Notes: generated by a model from the letters alone, not told the origin. DNA of 64,000 nt from Bacteroidota bacterium (GCA_947475165.1 CANJLD010000014.1:18519-82518), one strand, 5' to 3'; positions 27,981-37,813 are shown, counted from the first letter of the stretch. Numbers and translations are program-made.

Positions 27981-29213
27981 CTATTGAATGACAAGAATTT
28001 TTGCTGAATGCGATTGTTCTGAGTCGGAAATACGGAGCAAATACAATCCTGCATTTAATCCGTTAAGTGAAATTGTTTGTTGATTGCTCTGAACAAAATT
28101 TTCTGTTTCACGAACTAAGTTTCCATTTATATCATATAACACAGCAGAAATTTCATTCCGGTTTTTCGAGTCTATCTGCACATTCAAAAAATCTTTTGCA
28201 GGGTTTGGATAAACAGAAATTGCTGTGATGTTTTCAACCTCATTTAGGCTTGTGTAACTAGCTACGGTTTCTGTAATCGAATTAAATCCGCTGTTGGGTC
28301 CGGTGTTGCCAATTTGCACTTTGCCGTAGTAGGTAGTTCCGAGAACGTAAGGAAACTGCGGTTCAAAATTGTCGTCAATAGTTACAAAATATGCGTAGGT
28401 GCCGCTGACATATTCGGGCGTAATACAAAACCGCCCGTTATGTTCATCCAAATCTCCAAGCCCTTGCACAAACTCAAAATCTTCCATGTAAGCTCCCAAC
28501 TGATATTGACTCAAAGCCGGACCATAATGCAAACTATCCAACACCGTTCCGTTTAATAAAATTTTTCGGTCAGCAATACTTCGCATGCGGTAACTGCTCT
28601 CCATTCTTTTTATAGCACCGGTGCCGTTGGTATTGGTGTAAGCATGTGCGCCATAAATTGGATAGCCGTCAAACGCATAGCCGATAATAGGCGAGTGCGT
28701 GCTGTCATTATACTTATCATACAAGCATTGCGGATTTACATGCGTGTGATACTCGTGCGAACCATTGGGATGACCAAGACAATTATCGAATGTGTTGTTC
28801 TCAAAATAAAATGCGTTCTGAAACCATGTAGCAGAATCCTTCCAACTCTTAGTGTCCATCGGATTGTAAATTGAAACTCCGTTCTTCCACAAACCGATAT
28901 GTCCGTACGGAGTTTTTACAAGCGTACCGCTATTCTGTTGGGGATGCAAAGTGATTTTGAAAGTATAATTCATGCTATCCGGAAACCACGGATTGTTTGG
29001 CCAGTCGTAGCCAACCGGAATCCAGCTTGGAATATCGGTGGTATGCACGTAAACATTATTGGTTGAATAATGCACCCACTGCACGTTGGTTTCAATATTT
29101 CCGAAACCGGTGCCTCCGGTGTTATTGATAACCCAACAGGTAACAGCCGGAGATAATTGCGCAGAACAAAAAATAGAATGGAAGATAAAAACCGGAAGGA
29201 AGAGTTTTTTCAT
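27981..29213 (-). CDS. YHYH-domain protein with T9SS CTD
   Basis: GHPNGSHEYHTH, HSPIIGYAFDGYPIYG, GDLDEHNGR, GTYAYF; VYPNPA CTD. Confidence 0.8.
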   Translation of the reverse strand: MKKLFLPVFIFHSIFCSAQLSPAVTCWVINNTGGTGFGNIETNVQWVHYSTNNVYVHTTDIPSWIPVGYDWPNNPWFPDSMNYTFKITLHPQQNSGTLVKTPYGHIGLWKNGVSIYNPMDTKSWKDSATWFQNAFYFENNTFDNCLGHPNGSHEYHTHVNPQCLYDKYNDSTHSPIIGYAFDGYPIYGAHAYTNTNGTGAIKRMESSYRMRSIADRKILLNGTVLDSLHYGPALSQYQLGAYMEDFEFVQGLGDLDEHNGRFCITPEYVSGTYAYFVTIDDNFEPQFPYVLGTTYYGKVQIGNTGPNSGFNSITETVASYTSLNEVENITAISVYPNPAKDFLNVQIDSKNRNEISAVLYDINGNLVRETENFVQSNQQTISLNGLNAGLYLLRISDSEQSHSAKILVIQ

Positions 29214-29277
29214 TTGCTTAGCTTGATGAACAGACAAAAGTGTTCGCAGAAAGTTTAAAAATAGAATTCATAGAACA

Positions 29278-30162
29278 ATGCAGCGCGAAAAAATCTACGA
29301 ACTACTCGAACGCAAATACAAGGAATACAACTCCTCTTCTTTTATTGAAGCCGACCCTATTTCTATTCCTCATCGTTTTGCTAAAAAACAGGATATAGAA
29401 ATAGCAGCATTTTTCTCTGCAACCATTGCTTGGGGAAATCGCAAATCAATTATTACTTCTGCCAACAAACTGATGAACCTGATGGATAACGCTCCGCACG
29501 ATTTTGTGCTGAATCATCAGGATAACGACTTAAAAAATTTACTGGAGTTCAGGCACCGCACCTTCAACGCCACCGATACGCTTTACTTCGTTGAGTTTCT
29601 AAAACAGCATTACTCAAAGCACGAAAGTCTGGAAGATGCGTTTCTAAAATCAGAAATCAAAAACGCACAAGTCGAAACACTTTCAGGATTTCATAATTAT
29701 TTTTTCTCGCTCGAAGATTCTCCGCACCGCACCCGCAAACATGTAGCCACTCCTGTTCGTGGAAGTACCTGTAAGAGAATAAACATGTTTATGGGGATAA
29801 TTAAGGTAGTAGTTAATCAAACTTCAATAATTCTGAATTCTTTAGTTCAATATCAGTTGTATCGAAGGTAGCAGCGTCACCCTCTTCTATCTTGGGAAGA
29901 ACCCACCTCCATTTTTGAGCTTGCCAATCGGTTTGCAACCTAATATACTCTTCAAACATATTTAATCTTATATCTATTGTGAAAACTCCACCAGTTCTGC
30001 GTTTCTTGTGGGATACGGTGATATTTTCTATAAGTGACTTTGTTAGATTTCTCAATTCCATGAAATCTGGATTATCCAAAACAGTTCGACCCGAAAGACC
30101 CCGTGAAATATGACTTTGCGCTTTTCGGAATATCAGTTCTTGATAAAATGCAAATACATTAG
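29278..30162 (+). pseudogene. TIGR02757 (DUF2400)-family gene disrupted by foreign sequence
   Basis: 5' part (DPISIPH, AWGNRK, HRTFN, STCKRINMF) ends at 29790; the C-terminal KQFDPKDPVKYDFALFG...IH* resumes at ~30079-30162; the expected LRWMVR...PLDVH segment is absent. Confidence 0.8.
29791..30079 (-). mobile_element. Foreign fragment: 3' end of an antisense gene resembling a large serine recombinase tail (element remnant)
   Basis: LRNLTKSLIENITVS...FTIDIRLN resembles recombinase C-termini; its stop (29813) lies 22 bp from the junction. Confidence 0.45.
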
Positions 30163-30167
30163 CCCCG

Positions 30168-30494
30168 ATGGAATTTCCTAAACCAATTTTCGATTCGTTT
30201 GAAATTGATGAACAGCACCTTCCGACTGTAAATAATGAAGACGAGAAGTTTGGCGCGTTCCGCCAATTGCTTATTCAGCGTATTGAAGAACTCATTCACA
30301 GCGATTTCGAAAAACTGAAATGGATTTTATACCGCATTGATGTAAGCGAAAAGAAACTGAACGATGCTTTGCAGAGTCCAGAAGCCGATGCAGCAAACGT
30401 AATGGCAGACTTAATTATTCAGCGACAAATAGAAAAAGCAGAAAGCAGAAAAAAATTTGGCGGTAACGAAAATGATTGGAATTTTGACGTATGA
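30168..30494 (+). CDS. Conserved hypothetical protein
   Basis: ILYRIDVSE...LIIQRQIEK...RKKF pattern; ATGA-coupled to fahA. Confidence 0.7.
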   Translation: MEFPKPIFDSFEIDEQHLPTVNNEDEKFGAFRQLLIQRIEELIHSDFEKLKWILYRIDVSEKKLNDALQSPEADAANVMADLIIQRQIEKAESRKKFGGNENDWNFDV

Positions 30495-31765
30495 GCAGAG
30501 CAAATAATCCTCAATTAAAAAGTTGGGTAGAAGTAAAACCTAACAGCGACTTCCCAATTCAGAATTTACCGTTTGGAATTTTTAAAACAGACAAAGACCC
30601 TGAGCCGCGCATCGGTGTTGCTATTGGCGAATTTATTGTTGACATGAATGTAGCATCAGGGCTTGGAGCAACTGACGGAATAGATTTGCCATTCAATATT
30701 TTTTTGAAAGATTCTTTGAACGATTTTATCGCGCTCGGCAAAAGAATTACCAATCAAGTGCGCGAACAACTTTCCGTTTTTTTAAGTGAGAGCAATTCCT
30801 CTATTCTTGAGAACCCGATTATTGTTGAGAATTTGCTTGTAAAGCAAAGCGAAGCGCAAATGCTCATACCGGTTAACATTCCCAACTACACCGACTTTTA
30901 CTCAAGCAAAGAACATGCAACAAATGTAGGCATCATGTTCCGCGACCCTGCAAATGCTTTGCTGCCAAACTGGAAACATTTACCGGTGGGTTATCACGGC
31001 CGCGCTTCTTCTATTGTGGTTTCCGGAACTCCGATTCATAGACCAAAAGGACAAACCAAAGCAGATGATGCACCTGCTCCTTCATTTGGTCCAAGTAAAC
31101 TTTTAGATTTTGAATTAGAGATGGGTTTTATCACTGGAAGGAAAACTAAACTGGGCAGAAGCATTTCAACAGCAGAAGCAGAAGATTACATTTTTGGAAT
31201 GGTTTTATTCAACGATTGGAGTGCGCGTGATATTCAAAAATGGGAATACGTTCCGCTCGGGCCTTTCCTTGCAAAAAACTTCGGATCAACTATGTCTCCT
31301 TGGATTGTAACAATCGAGGCACTGGAACCTTTCCGTGTAGAATCGCCTATGCAAGAACCGGAAGTCCTTCCATACTTAAAATTCGAAGGCAAAAAGAATT
31401 TCGATATCAATTTAGAAGTGGAAATAATTCCCGAAAACGGAAAAGGCAAAACCGTGTCGCGCAGCAATTTCAAATACATGTATTGGAACATGGCCCAGCA
31501 ACTCGCACACCATACTTCGAATGGCTGCAATATTCAAACTGGCGATTTATATGCAAGCGGCACCATCAGCGGACCAACACCCGATTCGTACGGCTCTATG
31601 CTTGAAATTAGCTGGCAGGGAAAAAACCCAATTCAAATGCCCGATGGCACCGAACGAAAATTCATTCTTGACAATGATACAGTAGTGATGAAAGGATATT
31701 GCGAAAAAGACGGAGTGCGAATTGGCTTCGGAGAATGTTCAGGAAAAATTTTGCCTGCATTGTGA
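30491..31765 (+). CDS. fahA: Fumarylacetoacetase
   Basis: SDFPIQNLPFG, YTDFYSSKEHATNVG, PVGYHGRASS, LDFELE, NDWSARDIQKWEYVPLGPF. Confidence 0.95.
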   Translation: MSRANNPQLKSWVEVKPNSDFPIQNLPFGIFKTDKDPEPRIGVAIGEFIVDMNVASGLGATDGIDLPFNIFLKDSLNDFIALGKRITNQVREQLSVFLSESNSSILENPIIVENLLVKQSEAQMLIPVNIPNYTDFYSSKEHATNVGIMFRDPANALLPNWKHLPVGYHGRASSIVVSGTPIHRPKGQTKADDAPAPSFGPSKLLDFELEMGFITGRKTKLGRSISTAEAEDYIFGMVLFNDWSARDIQKWEYVPLGPFLAKNFGSTMSPWIVTIEALEPFRVESPMQEPEVLPYLKFEGKKNFDINLEVEIIPENGKGKTVSRSNFKYMYWNMAQQLAHHTSNGCNIQTGDLYASGTISGPTPDSYGSMLEISWQGKNPIQMPDGTERKFILDNDTVVMKGYCEKDGVRIGFGECSGKILPAL

Positions 31766-32034
31766 GATATTATTTAATCGCATTGCTCTTTCTCATTATG
31801 GGCGCAGGCGCACGTACCATGTTCGAAATTGCACATCAGGCTCTTGGTCGCGAACATGATTTTGCCCCAGCTGATGATACTATGCGTTTAATTTTTCTCG
31901 CCTTATGGTTTTTAGTGATGATGATGGCAGATGTAATTCTTATTCGCAACAAAGAATTAAAAAACAGAAATGTTTTCATTGCATTATTATCGCTTGGTGT
32001 TATTGCGCCAATACTTTTTAAGCTGTTCAATTAA
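31762..32034 (+). CDS. Small membrane protein
   Basis: GTGA overlap with fahA stop; three hydrophobic segments. Confidence 0.5.
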   Translation: MRYYLIALLFLIMGAGARTMFEIAHQALGREHDFAPADDTMRLIFLALWFLVMMMADVILIRNKELKNRNVFIALLSLGVIAPILFKLFN

Positions 32035-32078
32035 ATCCGTTTAATCCTGAAAATCCGCGTCATCAGCGTTCTATTTTT

Positions 32079-32987
32079 ATGCTCTCAATAAATCCCGCAG
32101 ACATTCCAATGCCGAAACTGCACGACTATTTACTCAGTGCAATCGCCCCGCGTCCTATTGCTTTTGTTTCTACCATAGATAAAGACGGAAACGTAAATCT
32201 TTCTCCCTTTTCATTTTTCAATTGCTTTGGCTCCAATCCGCCTACACTTGTTTTTTCCCCCGCCCGCAGCGGACGAACCGGTGCCACCAAACACACACAC
32301 GACAATGTGTTGGAAGTAAAAGAATGCGTGGTGAACATCCCGCATTACGATATACTCTACCAAATGAACCTGGCGGCACACATGTATCCGAAGGGTGTTG
32401 ATGAATTTGCAAAAAGCGGATTGACCAAACAGGAAAGCGTAACCGTAAAACCACCGCGTGTAGCAGAATGTTTTGTACAAATGGAATGTGAAGTAAAAGA
32501 TATAATCGTCACCGGTTTAAACGGTGGCGCAGGAAATTTAATAGTATGCGAAGTGAAGATGCTCCACATCAACGAAAAAGTTTTGAATGAAGAAGGAAGC
32601 ATTGACCCGAACAAAATGAATTACATCGCCCGCATGGGAAAACAATTCTGGGCGCGCATTGGTGCGCAGAATATTATTTCCGTTCCGGGTTTTAAAATGG
32701 CAAATGAATTGGGCCTTGGCTGGGACGAATTACCCAATGGAATTACTCATTCAAAATATCTTTCAGGAAATGATATCGCAAGAATTGCAGAACTACACCT
32801 TTTTCCAACAGAGGAAGAATTAAACGAATTGCGCAAAGCAGAATTTGTAGAAGAAATATTTTCGGAGCACAAAAACGATTACGTTGCTTTAGAAAAAGCA
32901 ATTCACCTGCGCGCCAAAATTGAAATTGAAAGAGGAAGTGTGCCTTTAGCGTTTCAATTACTGATGCTTTTAGAGAGAAATAAATAG
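32079..32987 (+). CDS. Flavin reductase-like (DIM6/NTAB) FMN-binding protein
   Basis: IAPRPIAFVST, NLSPFSFFN, VKPPRVAEC, GGAGNL, IARMG. Confidence 0.85.
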   Translation: MLSINPADIPMPKLHDYLLSAIAPRPIAFVSTIDKDGNVNLSPFSFFNCFGSNPPTLVFSPARSGRTGATKHTHDNVLEVKECVVNIPHYDILYQMNLAAHMYPKGVDEFAKSGLTKQESVTVKPPRVAECFVQMECEVKDIIVTGLNGGAGNLIVCEVKMLHINEKVLNEEGSIDPNKMNYIARMGKQFWARIGAQNIISVPGFKMANELGLGWDELPNGITHSKYLSGNDIARIAELHLFPTEEELNELRKAEFVEEIFSEHKNDYVALEKAIHLRAKIEIERGSVPLAFQLLMLLERNK

Positions 32988-33047
32988 CCGCAAATTTCAC
33001 GAAATAGTATTTCCGTTCTTCTGCCTTTAATTCGTGAAATTCGTGGC
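32987..33047. repeat. Imperfect inverted repeat element (CCACGAATT family); related sequence at 54561-54590
   Basis: gccgcaaatttcacgaa ... ttcgtgaaattcgtggc; aaccacgaataacacgaatt upstream of polA. Confidence 0.55.
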
Positions 33048-33061
33048 AATAAAATTTAACC

Positions 33062-33964
33062 ATGCCTTACATTCCCCTCTTTATTCTCAAATCATTTTTA
33101 CGCAGAGTAAAAAAACGTGGCGATGTTTCAGACCACCAACGCGCTCGTAGAGGTTTCGAAAAACTCATTGGCAAACGGAACAAACCTCTTTCGGGTTTCG
33201 ATTATCAAACAAATGACACAAGTGATGTTTCCGGTGAATGGATTTTTCCGCACGGCTGCGACAAAACAAAAGTCCTGCTCTACTTTCATGGCGGAGGATA
33301 CTTTGTCGGCAGCACTAATACGCACCGCGCATTGGTTTCTAAATTGGCGAAGAACGCGGGCATAAGCGCACTGAGTATAAATTATCGCTTGGCACCAGAG
33401 CATCCTTATCCGGCAGCTATCGAAGATTGCGCCAAAGTTTACGAATGGCTGCTCACTCAAAATTTTTCTCCCAACCAAATTTGTTTTGGTGGCGACAGTG
33501 CCGGTGGCGGTTGTGTGATTGGAACACTTACTTATCTGCGCGATAAAAATATCCCGATGCCAAAATGCGCTATTGCCATTTCTCCCTGGCTCGACCACAC
33601 TTTAACCAGTGAAAGTTTTACATCAAAAGAGCATATCGACCCGCTCTTAGCAGCCAAAGAATTTCCAAAAGTGGTTCAGTATTACATGAACGGTGCCGAT
33701 GCCAAATCGCTTTATGCTTCTCCTATTTTTCATTCCTTAAAAAACCTTCCACCAGTGTATGTGCAGGTGGGCGAAGAAGAAATTTTGCTGAGTGATTCTA
33801 CCACCTTTGCCGAAAAAGCTAAGGCCGATGGCGTAGATGTCCGCCTGGAAGTTTATCCGGAAATGTTTCACGTGTTCAATGCGTTCTGGAAAATTTTGCC
33901 AAAGGCAAGAGAAGCGAATAAAAAGCTGGGAGAGTTCATGCACGCGCAACTTTTCACTAACTAA
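33062..33964 (+). CDS. Alpha/beta hydrolase, HSL (family IV) esterase/lipase
   Basis: HGGGY, YRLAPEHPYP, GDSAGG, EMFHVF. Confidence 0.9.
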   Translation: MPYIPLFILKSFLRRVKKRGDVSDHQRARRGFEKLIGKRNKPLSGFDYQTNDTSDVSGEWIFPHGCDKTKVLLYFHGGGYFVGSTNTHRALVSKLAKNAGISALSINYRLAPEHPYPAAIEDCAKVYEWLLTQNFSPNQICFGGDSAGGGCVIGTLTYLRDKNIPMPKCAIAISPWLDHTLTSESFTSKEHIDPLLAAKEFPKVVQYYMNGADAKSLYASPIFHSLKNLPPVYVQVGEEEILLSDSTTFAEKAKADGVDVRLEVYPEMFHVFNAFWKILPKAREANKKLGEFMHAQLFTN

Positions 33965-33988
33965 TTTCATCTTTTATAAAACCACCTC

Positions 33989-34351
33989 ATGAAAAAAATA
34001 GTTCTCCTCCTTGCCATTATCACCATAACAATTTCTTCCTGCAAAAAAGAAACCCCGAATCCTGCGCAGAAAATTTACAAAGTTAAATATACCATGGTTT
34101 GCACCGACTGCGAGGTGATTTATGTTTCCGATACTCTCGGCACTCAATCTACCGCTTATCACCAAAACAGTTCATGGAGCTATACTTTCAACGCCAAGGA
34201 AAATCAACAGCTTCTTTTTCTCGCGTATAATCAAAGTGCCAATCCGCAAGGAGTAACAGCTACCATTTTACTAAACGATTCGGTTCTCGCCACTCAAACA
34301 ACATATTGTCCTTTCAACGGCTCCGCCTTTTGCGCTGATACCGCCCGCTAA
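33989..34351 (+). CDS. Hypothetical lipoprotein
   Basis: MKKIVLLL...ISSC lipobox; followed by a terminator. Confidence 0.7.
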   Translation: MKKIVLLLAIITITISSCKKETPNPAQKIYKVKYTMVCTDCEVIYVSDTLGTQSTAYHQNSSWSYTFNAKENQQLLFLAYNQSANPQGVTATILLNDSVLATQTTYCPFNGSAFCADTAR

Positions 34352-34374
34352 AATCATTCTTGAACACTTCTTTC

Positions 34375-34405
34375 AAATCCCTTTCGAGCAAAGGGATTTT
34401 TTATT
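34375..34405 (+). terminator. Intrinsic terminator
   Basis: aaatcccttt-cgagc-aaagggattt plus T tract. Confidence 0.65.
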
Positions 34406-34429
34406 TTCACGCTCCTTAAAAAATAAAGT

Positions 34430-35944
34430 ATGAGTCAGGAATTGAACGACCAGGAAATTGTTAGAAGAGAAAAACTCCAGAAGCTCAACGAGCTGGGTAT
34501 TGATGCCTATCCCGCTGCTGCTTTCGAAGTAAACTGCAACTCACAACAAATTCTATCGGAGTATAACGATGTAGAAAAAAACTTTCAGGATGTAAGCATT
34601 GCCGGAAGAATCATGAGCATCAACTCAAAAGGCAAAGTAACCTTCTTCAAAATTCAGGACCAGAAAGGAAAAATTCAGCTCTTTGTAAGCATCGATAATG
34701 TTTGCCCTGACGAAGACAAAACATTTTACACTTCTGTAGTAACCCACCTGCTCGACATTGGCGATTTTATTGGTGTAAAAGGCGAAGTGTTTATTACCAA
34801 GACCGGGGAAACTTCTATCCGCGTAAAACAAATGACCGTGCTTTCAAAAGCATTGCGTCCGTTACCGGTAGTAAAAGTTAAAGACGGTGAAACCTTCGAT
34901 GCATTTTCAGATGTGGAATTGCGCTCGCGTCAGCGTTATGTTGACTTGGTGGTGAACCCTCATGTGCGCGAAACATTTATCAAGCGCACAAAAATGATTC
35001 AGACCATGCGCGATTTTTTGAATGAGCATGGCGCGATTGAAGTAGATACACCGGTACTGCAAAGTATCCCAGGTGGCGCTGCAGCGCGCCCGTTTACTAC
35101 GCATCATAACGCGCTCGACATTCCTTTGTATTTGCGTATTGCCAACGAGCTCTACTTAAAGCGCCTAATAGTTGGCGGTTTCGATTGGGTATATGAGTTC
35201 AGCCGCAATTTTCGCAACGAGGGAATGGACCGCACGCACAATCCTGAATTTACCATCCTCGAATTTTACGTGGCATACAAAGATTATTTCTGGATGATGG
35301 AATACACCGAGCAAATGCTCGAGAAAATTGCCATCACACTTCACGGCACCACCGATGTTCCTTGTGGCGATAAAACAATTTCTTTTAGAGCTCCTTTCAA
35401 GCGCGTGGCCATTTACGATGCCATAAAAGAACACACCGGTTTCGATGTAAGCCAAATGAACGAAGAGCAATTGCTCGATGTTTGCAAACAGCTTCACATT
35501 CAAACCGACAAGAGCATGGGCAAAGGAAAATTGATTGATGAAATTTTTGGCGGTAAGTGCGAAGGCAATTTTGTGGAGCCTACTTTCATTATCGATTATC
35601 CGGTAGAGCTAAGCCCGCTTACAAAAAAACACAGAACCAAAGCCGGACTCGTAGAACGTTTTGAGTTGATGATAAACGGAAAAGAAATTGCCAACGCTTA
35701 CAGCGAGTTAAACGACCCGCTCGACCAGCGCGCGCGTTTCGAAGAGCAAACACAATTGCAGGAACGCGGTGATGACGAAGCCATGTTCATCGACCACGAC
35801 TTCCTCCGCGCACTCGAATACGGCATGCCGCCAACATCCGGCATCGGCATTGGTATCGACCGGTTGGCAATGCTCATGACCAATCAATCAACCATTCAGG
35901 AAGTTTTACTTTTCCCGCAGATGCGACCGGAGAATCCCGAATAA
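34430..35944 (+). CDS. lysS: Lysine--tRNA ligase (class II)
   Basis: RQRYVDL, GGAAARPFTTHHN, LYLRIANELYLKRL, FRNEGMDRTHNPEF, YGMPPTSGIGIGIDRL. Confidence 0.98.
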   Translation: MSQELNDQEIVRREKLQKLNELGIDAYPAAAFEVNCNSQQILSEYNDVEKNFQDVSIAGRIMSINSKGKVTFFKIQDQKGKIQLFVSIDNVCPDEDKTFYTSVVTHLLDIGDFIGVKGEVFITKTGETSIRVKQMTVLSKALRPLPVVKVKDGETFDAFSDVELRSRQRYVDLVVNPHVRETFIKRTKMIQTMRDFLNEHGAIEVDTPVLQSIPGGAAARPFTTHHNALDIPLYLRIANELYLKRLIVGGFDWVYEFSRNFRNEGMDRTHNPEFTILEFYVAYKDYFWMMEYTEQMLEKIAITLHGTTDVPCGDKTISFRAPFKRVAIYDAIKEHTGFDVSQMNEEQLLDVCKQLHIQTDKSMGKGKLIDEIFGGKCEGNFVEPTFIIDYPVELSPLTKKHRTKAGLVERFELMINGKEIANAYSELNDPLDQRARFEEQTQLQERGDDEAMFIDHDFLRALEYGMPPTSGIGIGIDRLAMLMTNQSTIQEVLLFPQMRPENPE

Positions 35945-35958
35945 ATTTTCAAACCTTC

Positions 35959-35993
35959 AAAAAGCAACCCCATACAAAACGGGGTTGCTTTTT
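35959..35993 (+). terminator. Intrinsic terminator after lysS
   Basis: aaaaagcaacccc / ggggttgcttttt. Confidence 0.8.
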
Positions 35994-36037
35994 CGTTTAT
36001 ATACAGATTAAGTAATTTGCCATCTCAAACAATTCAA

Positions 36038-37813
36038 ATGAACAAGCGAATCATTTTCTCCCTCATCTTCTCTTCTGCACTTCTCTTCAGCTTTGCACAA
36101 ACAAAGCCCATCGATAAATCTTTCACACAGGAAGACTGGGACAAACTCAGCCAGCAGGCAAAAGATTCTATCAATAAAGAACTGACCGCAAAATTCGAAG
36201 CAGCAAAAAAAGAATCTGCAAATGCCGATGAAGCAAACGCCAACCAGATTATTGACGAGGCCCTGAAAAACACAACCGGCACCACCTCCCTCACCTTCAC
36301 CAATTTCCCAAAGTCACAGTTGCGTGACGACATCACCAAATTCAAAAACCTCGAACAGTTCACCTGCACTAAATGCCGCGCGCTCCAGCTCAATATCCTT
36401 TTCAGCCAATTAGCCCAGCTTCCTAAACTCAAAAAACTAAACATCTCCGGTGGCGCGTATAAAATTCTTCCGGGCTCCATCCAAAAACTTTCTGCCCTCG
36501 AAGAACTCAACTTAAAAGACAACAACTTCACCACCCTGCCCGACTCATTCACCACCCTCAAAAACCTGCACATACTAAACCTCGAACACAACCCTTATTT
36601 ATATGACGATGATGTTTTCGAACGCATTAAAAACCTCAGCGTCACCCAGCTTTATTTTTCCGCCAGCGGCTTACTCGAGCTCAACGACAAAATCGGGCAA
36701 ATCAAAAGCCTTGTCATACTCGACCTTTCCGTAAACGACATCAAAACACTCCCCCCGTCTTTCAGCCAGCTCACCGGCCTTCAATACCTCAACCTCTCGC
36801 AAAACTTTAACCTCAACATCGCGCAGGTCATCACCGCCCTCGCCCCCATTCGCCAGTTAAACTACCTCGACATCAGCCAGTGCTTAATCCAAAGCCTCCC
36901 GCTCGACATCAGCAAACTCACCTCACTCCAAATTCTAAACCTCCGGGCAAATCAACTCACCTCCCTCCCCCTCACCTTCGGCTCCCTCACCAACCTCGAA
37001 GAGCTCGACCTCAGCTATCTCGAAATGGGAACCCGCATGAACAAAATCACCGAGCTCCCCCCTTCATTCAGCAGCTTCAAAAAACTCCGCCACCTAAACC
37101 TCGCGGGCAACCAATTGCAAAACCTCCCCGAAGGCTTTTCAGGCTTAACACAGTTAGAAGATTTAAACCTCAGCCTCAACAAATTCACCGGCTTTCCGCC
37201 CCAGCTTACACAACTCACCGGTTTAAAATCATTAAACCTCGGCTTAAACGATGGAAGCTCCATTCCCCTCGCCATTGGCAATTTAACCCAACTCGAATAC
37301 CTCAACCTCGATGGAAACTTCTTCAACAAGCTCGACCGGAAAATAAAAACACTCCCGGCCGAAATCTGTCAGCTCAAAAACCTAAAAGTCCTTTCGCTTA
37401 AAGACAACGTAATCGAACAACTCCCCCCCTGCATCGGCAGCCTTTCAAAACTCCAAAAACTCGACCTCCGCGACAACCTCATCACCTCCTTCCCCGCATC
37501 CTTCACCCAACTCATAAACTTAAACTGGCTCGACCTCAAGGCAAACGACTTCACCCAATTACCGGCAGACTTTCAAAACCTCACCTCCCTAAAAGAGCTA
37601 AACCTCTCCATGAATCTCAAAATGAATTTCGAAGCCGAGAAGAATAAATTCTCTGCAATGAAACAATTAGAGTTCTTAGACCTCAGCTACAACAACATAA
37701 CCAAAGAGCAAATCACACCACTCCGCGCTGCACTCCCAAACTGCAAAGTCATAAATTGGGACTACAGCAAAAGAACCTTGCCGCAACCAACAAACAGAAG
37801 AAACGAGAAATAG
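36038..37813 (+). CDS. Exported leucine-rich repeat protein
   Basis: Signal peptide (SFA/Q); many LxxLxLxxNxLxxLP repeats; ends ALPNCKV cap. Confidence 0.9.
   Translation: MNKRIIFSLIFSSALLFSFAQTKPIDKSFTQEDWDKLSQQAKDSINKELTAKFEAAKKESANADEANANQIIDEALKNTTGTTSLTFTNFPKSQLRDDITKFKNLEQFTCTKCRALQLNILFSQLAQLPKLKKLNISGGAYKILPGSIQKLSALEELNLKDNNFTTLPDSFTTLKNLHILNLEHNPYLYDDDVFERIKNLSVTQLYFSASGLLELNDKIGQIKSLVILDLSVNDIKTLPPSFSQLTGLQYLNLSQNFNLNIAQVITALAPIRQLNYLDISQCLIQSLPLDISKLTSLQILNLRANQLTSLPLTFGSLTNLEELDLSYLEMGTRMNKITELPPSFSSFKKLRHLNLAGNQLQNLPEGFSGLTQLEDLNLSLNKFTGFPPQLTQLTGLKSLNLGLNDGSSIPLAIGNLTQLEYLNLDGNFFNKLDRKIKTLPAEICQLKNLKVLSLKDNVIEQLPPCIGSLSKLQKLDLRDNLITSFPASFTQLINLNWLDLKANDFTQLPADFQNLTSLKELNLSMNLKMNFEAEKNKFSAMKQLEFLDLSYNNITKEQITPLRAALPNCKVINWDYSKRTLPQPTNRRNEK

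Noticed and set aside
29278-29871. Intact 197-aa TIGR02757 protein as in the ORF track
   Set aside because: Residues after KRINMF are read-through into foreign DNA; the true C-terminus is at 30079-30162.
29791-30079. Simple inversion of the missing TIGR02757 segment (QTDWQ on the minus strand resembles the family's DW motif)
   Set aside because: The minus-strand ORF lacks LRWMVR, VDFGIW and PLDVH, and the segment is longer than the expected gap; the short match looks coincidental.
36034-37554. Overlapping ORFs 36034-36591(-), 36880-37401(+), 37015-37329(-), 37369-37554(-)
   Set aside because: Shadow ORFs caused by stop-codon scarcity in the C-rich LRR gene; no recognisable domains.
36038-37813. 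Diversity-generating retroelement target (many AAC codons)
   Set aside because: No reverse transcriptase and no template/variable repeat pair seen; AAC richness follows from LRR Asn and the C bias.
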